The notes beneath the pieces are model-generated. The model saw only the letters and a program-made list of their open reading frames with translations, searched no databases and was not told the DNA's origin. A program made the translations under genes and the position numbers. Below are positions 16,862 to 24,680 of a DNA stretch of 64,000 bases, in pieces. The stretch covers positions 33,980 through 97,979 of the forward strand of contig JADFNK010000001.1 of the NCBI GenBank assembly GCA_022563405.1, read 5' to 3'. Origin of the DNA: Gemmatimonadota bacterium (GTDB taxonomy: Bacteria > Gemmatimonadota > Gemmatimonadetes > Longimicrobiales > Gaopeijiaceae). The stretch's first letter is position 1; each line of letters opens with the position of its first letter.

Positions 16862-17902
16862 TCAAACGCCGTCTTCCAGGCCGTACTCGCGGATCTTCCG
16901 GTGGATCGTCGGCCGTGAAATGGCGAGGATGCGTGCGGCGGCGCTACGATTGCCCCTGGTCATCTTCAGTGTGATGCGCAGCGCCTCGGCCTCAACCTCC
17001 GCCAGGGTCATCCCGATGTCGGGAATCTGGATGGCCTGTCCGGGATCGTCTTTTCTCCCGCGTCCGTTCCCATGCCAGTCGAAGATACTCAGGTGCGTGG
17101 CGTTGATCTCGGGCCCATCACAAAGGGTGATGGCTCGCTGCATCACGTTCTTCAACTCCCGGACATTGCCGGGCCAATTGTGGAGCTTCAGTACGTCGAT
17201 TGCGTCGGCGCTGAGGGGTTTGGGAGCCACTCCTATCTCATGGGAGATCTGCTCCATGAAGTAGCGCGCCAAGATCACCTGGTCGTCTCCGCGCTCCGAG
17301 AGTGGCGGGATGTTGATGCGTAGAACGTTCAGTCGGTAGAACAAGTCCTCCCTGAAGCGCCCCTCGCTCAGGGCGTCCTCGAACGACCCATTGGAGGACG
17401 CGATCACGCGGCACCGCGCCTCTATCTCGTCCGTGCCTCCCACCCGGCGGAAGAGCCGTTCCTCGAGCGCTCGCAACAGCTTCGGCTGTAGGTTGGGCGG
17501 TAGCTCACTGACTTCGTCGAGAAAAAGGGTTCCGGCGCCCGCGAGCTCGAGCAGACCGAGTTTTCGGACTCGGGCGTCGGTGAAGGCGCCCCGCTCATGA
17601 CCGAAGAGCTCTGACTCCAAGAGGTTGGCGGGGATCGCCGCGCAATTCACCGTGACGAAGGGCTCTTGCGCCTCGGAGCCTGCGTAGTGAATACCCCGTG
17701 CGAAGAGCCCTTTGCCTGTCCCCGTGGCTCCCACGATGAGCACGGTCGTGCCTTTGCGAGTAGCGATGCGCATGGAGAACTGGATCGCTTTGCGAAGGGA
17801 GGCGCTCCGACCCACGATGGCTTGGAAGCCGATGTCTGTGGCGTTCTTGTCCGACGGCGCCAAGCCTCCGTTGACTTCTCTACTGGCTAGTTGGTAGCTC
17901 AC
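16862..17902 (-). CDS. Sigma-54-dependent transcriptional activator (AAA+ and Fis-type HTH only, no sensory domain)
   Basis: ORF 16862..18040. I prefer the in-frame GTG at 17902, which is preceded by AAGGAG 12 nt upstream and does not overlap the TPR gene. Walker A GATGTGKG, GAFTDA loop, Walker B LFLDEV, HTH GNRSAAARILAISRPTIHRKIREYGL. Confidence 0.88.
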   Translation of the reverse strand: MSYQLASREVNGGLAPSDKNATDIGFQAIVGRSASLRKAIQFSMRIATRKGTTVLIVGATGTGKGLFARGIHYAGSEAQEPFVTVNCAAIPANLLESELFGHERGAFTDARVRKLGLLELAGAGTLFLDEVSELPPNLQPKLLRALEERLFRRVGGTDEIEARCRVIASSNGSFEDALSEGRFREDLFYRLNVLRINIPPLSERGDDQVILARYFMEQISHEIGVAPKPLSADAIDVLKLHNWPGNVRELKNVMQRAITLCDGPEINATHLSIFDWHGNGRGRKDDPGQAIQIPDIGMTLAEVEAEALRITLKMTRGNRSAAARILAISRPTIHRKIREYGLEDGV

Positions 17903-17927
17903 GGTACGATTCCACTCCTTGAACGGA

Positions 17928-18989
17928 TCATTGGGCTTCAGACCGCATTTGCTCCAGACGCTCCTGAACGGCCGTGGCGTCGAGGCCGGCGTTCGTCTCG
18001 GTGAAGAGCTTGTTCGCCCGCTCGAAGAACTCCCGAGCACTTTCGAACTGCCTCGCCTGTGCGTGTGTTTCTCCCAGCTCCCTAGCCGCCTCCGCAGCCA
18101 GGAGTACGTCCTCGCTTTCCTCGGCCAACTTGTGGGATTGGATCAACGTTTCGGTCGCCATGGACAATTCGCCCTTGGCTCTCTGGATCATACCCAGGAA
18201 CTTGAGCCCGTCCGCCCTCCGGAGGGGGTCGCCCCTCTCGTCGGCGATCGCCAGGGCGCCGGAGACGTGTAGCTCGGCGTCGGTCCACCGCTCGAGTTCT
18301 ATGTAGACCTCGGCAAGGTTGGACTCCACGAGGGCCTGCGTATGGAGGTCCATCCGGTTTCTTGCGATCTCGAGGGCGCGCAGGAAGTACTGCTCGGCTT
18401 CCGCATACTTCCCGAGGTCCGTATGGAGCATACCGAGGTTGTTGAGGACCCAGGACATCCCTTCCTGGAAGCTGCCTTCTTCAAACTGGCGTAAGCTCGC
18501 CCGGTAGCGGACCAGCGCCCCGTCCAGGTCTCCCTGAATGTTCGCGAGGACGCCCAGGTTCTGCTCCACCATGCCGGCCAAGCGGTGCTCTCCGGCGCCG
18601 TCGGCTTGACGGGCTGCTTGCCGGTAGAGGCCTTGTGCCCTTTCCACGTCCCCCCTGCGTTGTGCGATGATGGCCAGGCAGTTGAGGGCGTGGGCCTCTC
18701 CCGCCTGGTAGCTGACCTTGCGCGCCAAGGCACGACTTTCTTGGTAGTGGAATTCGGCGGCGGCGGTTTGCCCAAGCTCCCTACGCGTCGTTCCGAGCCA
18801 ACGGAGGATGTCCGCTCGGAGAGGAGATGGCTCGGAGTCCGGCAGCAACGAAATGGCTGCCTCCAACTTGGACAGCGAGTCACCGAGGGCCCCTCGGGTT
18901 TCTGCCTCGCGTCCCTCGTGGGCGAGCCTGCTGGCCTGAGCTTGTCTCACGTTCGTGGAGTCGCTCTGGCTGTCGACCTTAGGCTTCAC
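17928..18989 (-). CDS. Stand-alone TPR-repeat protein (paralog of the HD-GYP protein's N-terminal half)
   Basis: 353 aa. LANIQGD, LNNLGMLHTDLG and LLAAEAARELGE match VANIQGD, LNNIGRLHADLG and LLAAETARELAE in the HD-GYP protein. Confidence 0.8.
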   Translation of the reverse strand: MKPKVDSQSDSTNVRQAQASRLAHEGREAETRGALGDSLSKLEAAISLLPDSEPSPLRADILRWLGTTRRELGQTAAAEFHYQESRALARKVSYQAGEAHALNCLAIIAQRRGDVERAQGLYRQAARQADGAGEHRLAGMVEQNLGVLANIQGDLDGALVRYRASLRQFEEGSFQEGMSWVLNNLGMLHTDLGKYAEAEQYFLRALEIARNRMDLHTQALVESNLAEVYIELERWTDAELHVSGALAIADERGDPLRRADGLKFLGMIQRAKGELSMATETLIQSHKLAEESEDVLLAAEAARELGETHAQARQFESAREFFERANKLFTETNAGLDATAVQERLEQMRSEAQ

Positions 18990-19048
18990 AGACCTCTATC
19001 TCCGGGCGGGTGCGAAATAAAACAGCGTGAAGACCACTTCGTCCCTAC

Positions 19049-19558
19049 CTACCCTGACGCCACCGCAAACCCACGGAGTTCGCGGATCTCGCCGGGCGCA
19101 AGTTCAAAGAGGATAGTGCCCCCGTCATATAGGACGGGGAAGATCTCTAATATTACGGGGTCGGACGTGGAACCTCCCTCCAAGTAGACGCCGAGGATCT
19201 CCAACCATGGTCGAGCTAGCCTCTCGCCATCAATACGAATCTCAATGGGAACGGCCAAGGGCAATCCAGGAACTCCGAACTCGAAGGCCACAACCGAACC
19301 CTCGAGGACTCGGGCTTCGATCAACACGCTCTCCGAAACGGCCCCCTCCGGGAAATGGATCTCGGTGCCGGCGCCCAGGAGCTCGATTACGCCACCCGCC
19401 GGACCGATCATTTGGTTGGCCACGATTTCCTCAACCGGCTCACGCCACTCTAAGACGCCGAGGCCGGGTGCCGGGGCCGTAGGGTGATCTGCACACCCGA
19501 ACAGACCCAGCATGAGAGTCACGGGGATCGGATACCAAGCCTTCCTCAACAGCTTCAT
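19049..19558 (-). CDS. Hypothetical lipoprotein
   Basis: ORF 19049..19573. I prefer the ATG at 19558 (MKLLRKAW...), which has GAGGAG 8 nt upstream. Lipobox LGLFGC. Confidence 0.6.
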   Translation of the reverse strand: MKLLRKAWYPIPVTLMLGLFGCADHPTAPAPGLGVLEWREPVEEIVANQMIGPAGGVIELLGAGTEIHFPEGAVSESVLIEARVLEGSVVAFEFGVPGLPLAVPIEIRIDGERLARPWLEILGVYLEGGSTSDPVILEIFPVLYDGGTILFELAPGEIRELRGFAVASG

Positions 19559-19616
19559 CTTTCCACTCCTCAATCAATCGATGGTTCCCCGACTGCAACG
19601 GGTGAAGCGCCTCTTG

Positions 19617-19632
19617 AGCAATGTTGGTGCCA
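19617..19632 (-). promoter_or_regulatory. Sigma-54 (-24/-12) promoter
   Basis: The minus strand reads TGGCACcaacaTTGCT, a full match to TGGCAC-N5-TTGCW. It lies 59 nt upstream of the lipoprotein ATG, inside an AT-rich intergenic island. Confidence 0.6.
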
Positions 19633-19747
19633 AAGATTGAAAGTAACGTAAACCATTGTAGGTCAACCAGTTATGACCGATCCGAGTTAAGACCTCCGGG
19701 GTTCAGAGTGTGTCATAGTATTACACTTTCTGGGGATACGCAATGTT

Positions 19748-19776
19748 ATGTTACACTAGTGCGATATCTGTAACAT
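19748..19776. promoter_or_regulatory. Candidate upstream activator site: dyad ATGTTACA-N13-TGTAACAT
   Basis: Perfect 8-bp inverted repeat 116-144 bp upstream of the -24 element. Extra half-site-like copies: TTACACT at 19721 and 19751, TGTAAC at 19779. Confidence 0.4.
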
Positions 19777-19794
19777 TATGTAACGTCGCTTGCA

Positions 19795-20268
19795 CTATTC
19801 GGTGCTTGTGATGCGCACGGACTCCATGACAACCGGTTCGAGTGGGATGTCCCCGGGGCCGGTGGCCGTGGCACCGATCGAGCGGACCGTCTCCATACCC
19901 TCGATCACCTTGCCAAACACCGCGTGTTTGCCGTCCAGCCAGTCCGTGGCGGCGAGGGTCACGAAGAACTGAGATCCGCCGGTGTTCGGCCCGGAATTCG
20001 CCATCGAAAAAACACCCTCCGAGTCGTGTGACAGCTCAGCGTGGAATTCATCGGCGATCGTATAACCTGGCCCGCCTCGACCGTTGCCATCGGGACAGCC
20101 GCCCTGGAGCATGAATCCTTTGATCACGCGGTGGAAGACGATTCCGTCGTAGTAGCCCTTCTCGACCAAGTCGATGAAGTTCTTCGTGGTAGCAGGCGCG
20201 CCCCCCTCGAAGAGTTCAACCTGGAAATCGCCGAGGTTGGTCGTGAAGTGCGCGAGTCGGTTTGCCAT
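19795..20268 (-). CDS. Peptidyl-prolyl cis-trans isomerase, cyclophilin type
   Basis: 157 aa. FHRVIKGFMLQGG...GGPGY...FSMANSGPNTGGSQFFVT is the cyclophilin signature. Confidence 0.95.
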   Translation of the reverse strand: MANRLAHFTTNLGDFQVELFEGGAPATTKNFIDLVEKGYYDGIVFHRVIKGFMLQGGCPDGNGRGGPGYTIADEFHAELSHDSEGVFSMANSGPNTGGSQFFVTLAATDWLDGKHAVFGKVIEGMETVRSIGATATGPGDIPLEPVVMESVRITSTE

Positions 20269-20421
20269 GGTGATCCTGTGATTGAGGTGTCGGCCGAAGT
20301 CGCACGCTCTTCGACCGTGAATCAGATAATCCCGAAAGAGTCCGATCGAGTCCAGTGCGGAAGGCTGTTGCAGGAGTAGAGCGGGCCGTGATGCAGGAGC
20401 GGGCGACGGGCGTCCGGTCCG

Positions 20422-20661
20422 TCAGCCCGGACGTGTGTTGGGCCGATCGATCACCAGGCCCGTGCCACAGGTAGCACAGATCAGCCAGATTCGATCTCTT
20501 ACGTAAGGGACATCCTTCCGTGGAGGGACGTCGGTGCGATCGAAACGTCCCTGACACCGAGGGCAAACCGGGTCGGACCCGCCGACGAGAGCGGCGCGGA
20601 TACGTTCGACTTCTTCGGGTTCGATCTTCTTGTTCACGTGGTCAAAGTCTCTCGAGTTCAT
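20422..20661 (-). CDS. Small zinc-ribbon protein (hypothetical)
   Basis: 79 aa. CPRC...CATC four-Cys arrangement. Shares the DPxCPRxQG motif with the 54896..55297 product. Confidence 0.5.
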   Translation of the reverse strand: MNSRDFDHVNKKIEPEEVERIRAALVGGSDPVCPRCQGRFDRTDVPPRKDVPYVRDRIWLICATCGTGLVIDRPNTRPG

Positions 20662-20802
20662 TTCGAGTTAGCCATTTGTTTACAGCCAGCCAAAGGACGT
20701 TAACTCCGACGGGTGAGGAAGGGTCCGAAAACGTATCGTTGCTCCACGGTTAGCGGCGTGCTATCGTCCCCGTAGTACCAATGGATCAGACGCGAGAGGC
20801 GA

Positions 20803-21018
20803 GTGGCGAAAGAAGCGATTGAAATCGAGGGATTGGTCAGCGAAGTGCTTCCCAACGCCCGATTCCGCGTGGAGTTGGAGAACGGCCATGAGGTCTTGGC
20901 GTATCTCTCAGGTAAGATGCGGCAACACTACATTCGCGTGCTCGAAGGTGATCGCGTGAAGGTGGAGTTGTCGCCTTACGATCTCAGTAAAGGCCGTGTA
21001 ACCTACCGTTACAAGTAG
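20803..21018 (+). CDS. infA: Translation initiation factor IF-1
   Basis: 71 aa. [39 protein letters not shown]...RVTYRYK is unmistakable IF-1. Confidence 0.95.
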   Translation: MAKEAIEIEGLVSEVLPNARFRVELENGHEVLAYLSGKMRQHYIRVLEGDRVKVELSPYDLSKGRVTYRYK

Positions 21019-21020
21019 GC

Positions 21021-21304
21021 CTACTTCGCTTCGAGCAAGCCGTCGTCGAATTTCACGATGAACGAGGCGATCAGCGCGAACCAGACGCCGATTCCCGTTA
21101 TGCCGGCCGCCAAGAGAACCATCGTAAAGTTCCGGCCAAGCTCGGACAGGGGGCCGACCTCCCGGAAACCCACTGCGGTCACGGTAATGACCGTCGTATA
21201 AGGCCTTCTCGCCAAGGCCGCCCCTCGATGGACACATAGCCGACGATCCCAACGGCGGTCAGCACAACGAGATAGGCGATCGCACCCAAGAATCGGAGGA
21301 TCAA
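21021..21304 (-). pseudogene. Minimal 2-TM potassium-channel-like gene, apparently frameshifted
   Basis: C-terminal part in the frame of ORF 21021..21368: YTTVITVTAVGFREVGPLSELGRNFTMVLLAAGITGIGVWF (pore helix, filter-like segment, TM2). The N-terminal TM1 (LRFLGAIAYLVVLTAVGIVGYVSIEGRPWREGL) is in another frame. The junction is near 21199-21204, where the DNA reads CCTTAT but CTTTAT would keep the frame. Confidence 0.5.
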
Positions 21305-21594
21305 GAACGCGCATCGCTCGACGAGTTCTCCGCGTGAAGCTGACCTGATCGCAGGGAACCGCTCCCACGGGAAGCTAGGCAGGACGCGGGTTTTCGGCCG
21401 TTTCTTTACTTGACGCTCTGTTCAGCGGGCCTTACCGTTGTCCTAACTGATGCTTGCCAGAGCCGCTACGGTCCCTTTGTGGGTCCGAATGCCCAGCGTG
21501 AAAGGCCCGACACGCAGAGGCCCGGACCGCAGCTGGAGGAAGGCCGGCGTAGGCCGCGAAGTCAAGAGGCATTACCCCTTTTGAGGAGTAACAA

Positions 21595-21876
21595 ATGAAC
21601 AAATCCGATCTAGTAGACGCCCTTGCCGACAAAGCCGGAATGACCAAAGCCGATTCGTCGCGGGCTCTGGACGCCCTGTTCGGTTCGGGAGGTGTGATCG
21701 CTCGCGCCTTGAAGGCCGAAGAGCGTGTGCAGATCACTGGCTTCGGCACGTTCGAGGCGAAGCATCGCAAGGCTCGCATGGGCCGGAATCCTCGTACTGG
21801 TGCCACGATTCATATTCCGGCATCGAAGACTCCGGGGTTCCGAGCCGGTAAGGGCTTCAAGGACGCCATCCAGTAG
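21595..21876 (+). CDS. hup: HU-family DNA-binding protein
   Basis: 93 aa. MNKSDLVDALA...GFGTFEAKHRKARMGRNPRTGATIHIPASKTPGFRAGK. Confidence 0.95.
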   Translation: MNKSDLVDALADKAGMTKADSSRALDALFGSGGVIARALKAEERVQITGFGTFEAKHRKARMGRNPRTGATIHIPASKTPGFRAGKGFKDAIQ

Positions 21877-21921
21877 GATCCCCCTTTGGGTAGTCCCCAT
21901 AGGGGAATCGAAGGATCGGAT

Positions 21922-21957
21922 AGAGGCCACGCCCCTCGGGCGTGGCCTCTTCTTTCC
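21922..21957 (+). terminator. Rho-independent terminator after HU
   Basis: 12-bp perfect stem AGAGGCCACGCC / GGCGTGGCCTCT, loop CCTCG, followed by TCTTTCC. Confidence 0.7.
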
Positions 21958-22041
21958 CCCCTTCCCGGCTGTGCTGGCTCTGATGCGGCGCGTCCTCTCC
22001 TGACTTGGTTTCGCGTCCTGACTTGAGTTTCGCGAACGCGG

Positions 22042-23640
22042 CTACTGCCGGTGGCTGCTTCCGCGGGCACTGCCTCGGTTACCAGCACGGCTAGTACCGG
22101 GCTTACCAGCGCCGCTACTACCGCGGTCGTAGTCCACTCTCGCGCTCCGGCCACGGATGCTCGTGCCGTTCACGGCTTTGATGACTTTCTCCGCTTCAGA
22201 CGGCCTGACTTCGACCAGGGAGTAGGTATCACGTATTTCGATCTTTCCGAACGACGATCCGTCCACCCCGGACTCTCCGGCGAGCGCACCCAGCAGATCT
22301 CCGGGTTTAACACCCTCCATCTCACCGATGCTCACGAAAAGCCGAGTCCACCCGTCGGTTCCGGTAGCCTTTTCTGCGCGAGCCGCCGTGCCTTGCGGTA
22401 CTGTGGCGCCCGCGGGAGCTTGAGGAATGAGTAGAGCGAGCGCGGCCGCGGCGAGTTCCTGCGGGCTGAAGCGTTCCAGCAGAGGCTCCAGGACTAGGTA
22501 GAGCGGGGCGAGATCTCCGCTCGTGGCGGCTTCTTCGAGGCGATCGCGAATCACACTGATTCGGTCCTCGACCACTGAGTCGGGCGGAGGCAGGGGCCTC
22601 ACACGGTACCCGGTGCGACGGGCCGTATCTCTAAAGTGGGGGACTTCGCGGGGAAGGAGCATCACTGTGGCCTGTCCTCCAGCACCATGGCGCCGATCCA
22701 TAGAGTCCGGGTCCGCTGGACAGTCCAAGCTCACGGTCGCCACCTCGGCGGGAGAAGTGCTCTCGTTGAGAGCCTGTCGGGCCGGAAGGGCGTCCACGGC
22801 CAACCAGATCGGAGCCGTCTCATCACCCGGGGAACCCGCCATGAACCCGTGGAGGGTCAGGAAGTCTCCCACATCGGCGGCCCGGTCGGTGGAGCTGCAA
22901 AACAACAGCACGTGGCGAGCGCCGTCTTCGAGGAGCTCGGACACCAGCGGAGCCAAGGCATCCACTTTGTCCTCTCCTGTGATACGGTACCGCAACTCCC
23001 CTCGGTCCGGTGGCTTCGCGGTGGAGCCCTCGATGGCTGGGGTGGGCGGTATGCGGATCGCCTTCGGCACATGTTGGGCGACTAAGGCCCGGATTGATTC
23101 GGGGACCGGCTGACTCAAGATGATCCGTTGGGCTCCAGCCGGCACATATTCGAACAACGCGCCCAAGGTATCGAGGCCTGAAATCGTTTCGATCGCGCTG
23201 GCACCGTCGACGACCAAGAACTGGACGCCCTCCAGCGTGAGACTCGATCCGTCGACCGCTGATTTCACGTCGCTCGGGGTCGCAAAAAGGACATCACATC
23301 GCTCGGGTAACAGCCACGCTCCACCGAAAGCTCCGACCGAATGCCCGGTGGCGGAGGCGATGCGTGCCAGTGAGTCGGCGAGGCCGGTGGCACCAGCGGT
23401 TGTCGGCACCAGAACGAGTGCCCCGGGGCGGCCGGCTTGGGGCTCGGTTTTGTCCAGTATCGCCGTTCCGTATGCCAGCAGCGTTCCGGCTCCCGGGCCG
23501 ACGGCTCCCAGGAGGTTGTTGCCTCGCCGGAGAAGGGGAATGGCCGTCCGCTGAAACTCGGTGGGCTCCTCGAAGCCCTCGGCGGAAAGTGCTTCGGTCA
23601 TTTCCGAGGGTAACTCCAGATCCTCGAACGACTGCATCAT
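22042..23640 (-). CDS. DEAD-box/DbpA-like protein with degenerate ATPase motifs
   Basis: 532 aa. Q-motif PTEFQRTAIP is kept. Walker A reads GPGAGT (no Lys), motif II reads VVDGAS (not DEAD), motif III reads LSQ, and motif VI reads RRHGAGG. The C-terminal DbpA-type RNA-binding domain (GWTRLFVSIG...IEIRDTYSLVEV) and an RG-rich tail are present. Confidence 0.85.
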   Translation of the reverse strand: MMQSFEDLELPSEMTEALSAEGFEEPTEFQRTAIPLLRRGNNLLGAVGPGAGTLLAYGTAILDKTEPQAGRPGALVLVPTTAGATGLADSLARIASATGHSVGAFGGAWLLPERCDVLFATPSDVKSAVDGSSLTLEGVQFLVVDGASAIETISGLDTLGALFEYVPAGAQRIILSQPVPESIRALVAQHVPKAIRIPPTPAIEGSTAKPPDRGELRYRITGEDKVDALAPLVSELLEDGARHVLLFCSSTDRAADVGDFLTLHGFMAGSPGDETAPIWLAVDALPARQALNESTSPAEVATVSLDCPADPDSMDRRHGAGGQATVMLLPREVPHFRDTARRTGYRVRPLPPPDSVVEDRISVIRDRLEEAATSGDLAPLYLVLEPLLERFSPQELAAAALALLIPQAPAGATVPQGTAARAEKATGTDGWTRLFVSIGEMEGVKPGDLLGALAGESGVDGSSFGKIEIRDTYSLVEVRPSEAEKVIKAVNGTSIRGRSARVDYDRGSSGAGKPGTSRAGNRGSARGSSHRQ

Positions 23641-23939
23641 GAAGGCTCCCCAGAACCGCGTCCACCGGCATCTCCCGGCTCGTAGGGGAGCTCCGTGAGG
23701 AACTTCTGAATTTCGTAGTCGAGACGAGAAGTCCGGAGTCGGTCGCTCGAGACCAATACTTGTGTGTACGGGCCGTGCCGGTGCGCCGTGAGGGTCACCG
23801 TGCCTTCGTCACCCGAGAAGGTCGCCGTGTGGGATGCGGTTTTTGTTCTGGTCAGGCCAAGCCACTGGGGAAGCAACTCTTCCGCCTTTGCCAGAATATC
23901 GGACGGAGAGAGGACGGTTCTTCGCTGGTAGCCAGCCAT
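23637..23939 (-). CDS. Hypothetical protein, translationally coupled (ATGA) to the degenerate helicase
   Basis: 100 aa ORF. Its stop overlaps the downstream ATG at 23640. No recognisable family. Confidence 0.55.
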   Translation of the reverse strand: MAGYQRRTVLSPSDILAKAEELLPQWLGLTRTKTASHTATFSGDEGTVTLTAHRHGPYTQVLVSSDRLRTSRLDYEIQKFLTELPYEPGDAGGRGSGEPS

Positions 23940-23964
23940 TTGGTGATCTCTCTCTACTGTTCGG

Positions 23965-24552
23965 CTATAGGAGTCTCAGGTGTTCCAGGAAGTGTCGAAG
24001 CTCGCTGATCGAAGCAGGACCTTCAAGACTCGTGTCACCAGATCGGAGCGTCGGCACTCGCCGCACACCCGCGGCCTCGGCCTCCCGTCGAAGATCCACG
24101 ACACGGTCCCGGTGTTTGTCCACATCGAGGACCGCTTTCGATTCGCTCGGGTCGAGCCCGACCTTTTCCGCTGATGCCACCAGGACATCGACGCGTCCGA
24201 TGTCGGCTCCTTCTAGGAAACGGGCCGAGAAGACCGTCTCGTGAAGCGCTGATTCCAGTCCTTGTTCAGCGGCGTGCAGGCGCAGTTCGTGCGCTTTCCG
24301 GCTCCAGGGGACGAACGTGGGATGAACCATCCGGATTTCGGCCTCATCCGCGAGGTCTGCCACGGTCTCTCCGTAGGATCGCCAGTCCGAGCCCGACCCG
24401 TCGATGAGCTCGTGCGGCACAGGGCAGACTTCGAACGGATGGCGAACGAGTTCGACCCCCTCGGGTAGGATCTGGCCCAGTTGGCGGTCGGTCAGGAAGG
24501 ATCCCGGATCGACGTAATCAAAGTAGAAGACAAGAGCGCGCGAGTCGTACAT
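23965..24552 (-). CDS. DsbA/FrnE-family thioredoxin-fold protein lacking the CXXC motif
   Basis: 195 aa. Layout resembles DsbA-family oxidoreductases (VFYFDYVDPGSFL...RKAHELRLHAAEQG...GVRRVPTL). DPGS sits where CPWC is expected. Confidence 0.75.
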   Translation of the reverse strand: MYDSRALVFYFDYVDPGSFLTDRQLGQILPEGVELVRHPFEVCPVPHELIDGSGSDWRSYGETVADLADEAEIRMVHPTFVPWSRKAHELRLHAAEQGLESALHETVFSARFLEGADIGRVDVLVASAEKVGLDPSESKAVLDVDKHRDRVVDLRREAEAAGVRRVPTLRSGDTSLEGPASISELRHFLEHLRLL

Positions 24553-24680
24553 CTGGAGAAGCTGCTCTCCGTCCCCGTCAGGATCAACCTGATGGAGTTG
24601 ATGAGTCCGGGCGCGTGCGGCGTTGGCATCCGCATCCGGCGTTACTTGATCCGAATTCCCGGTGACTCGATATTCCCGGC

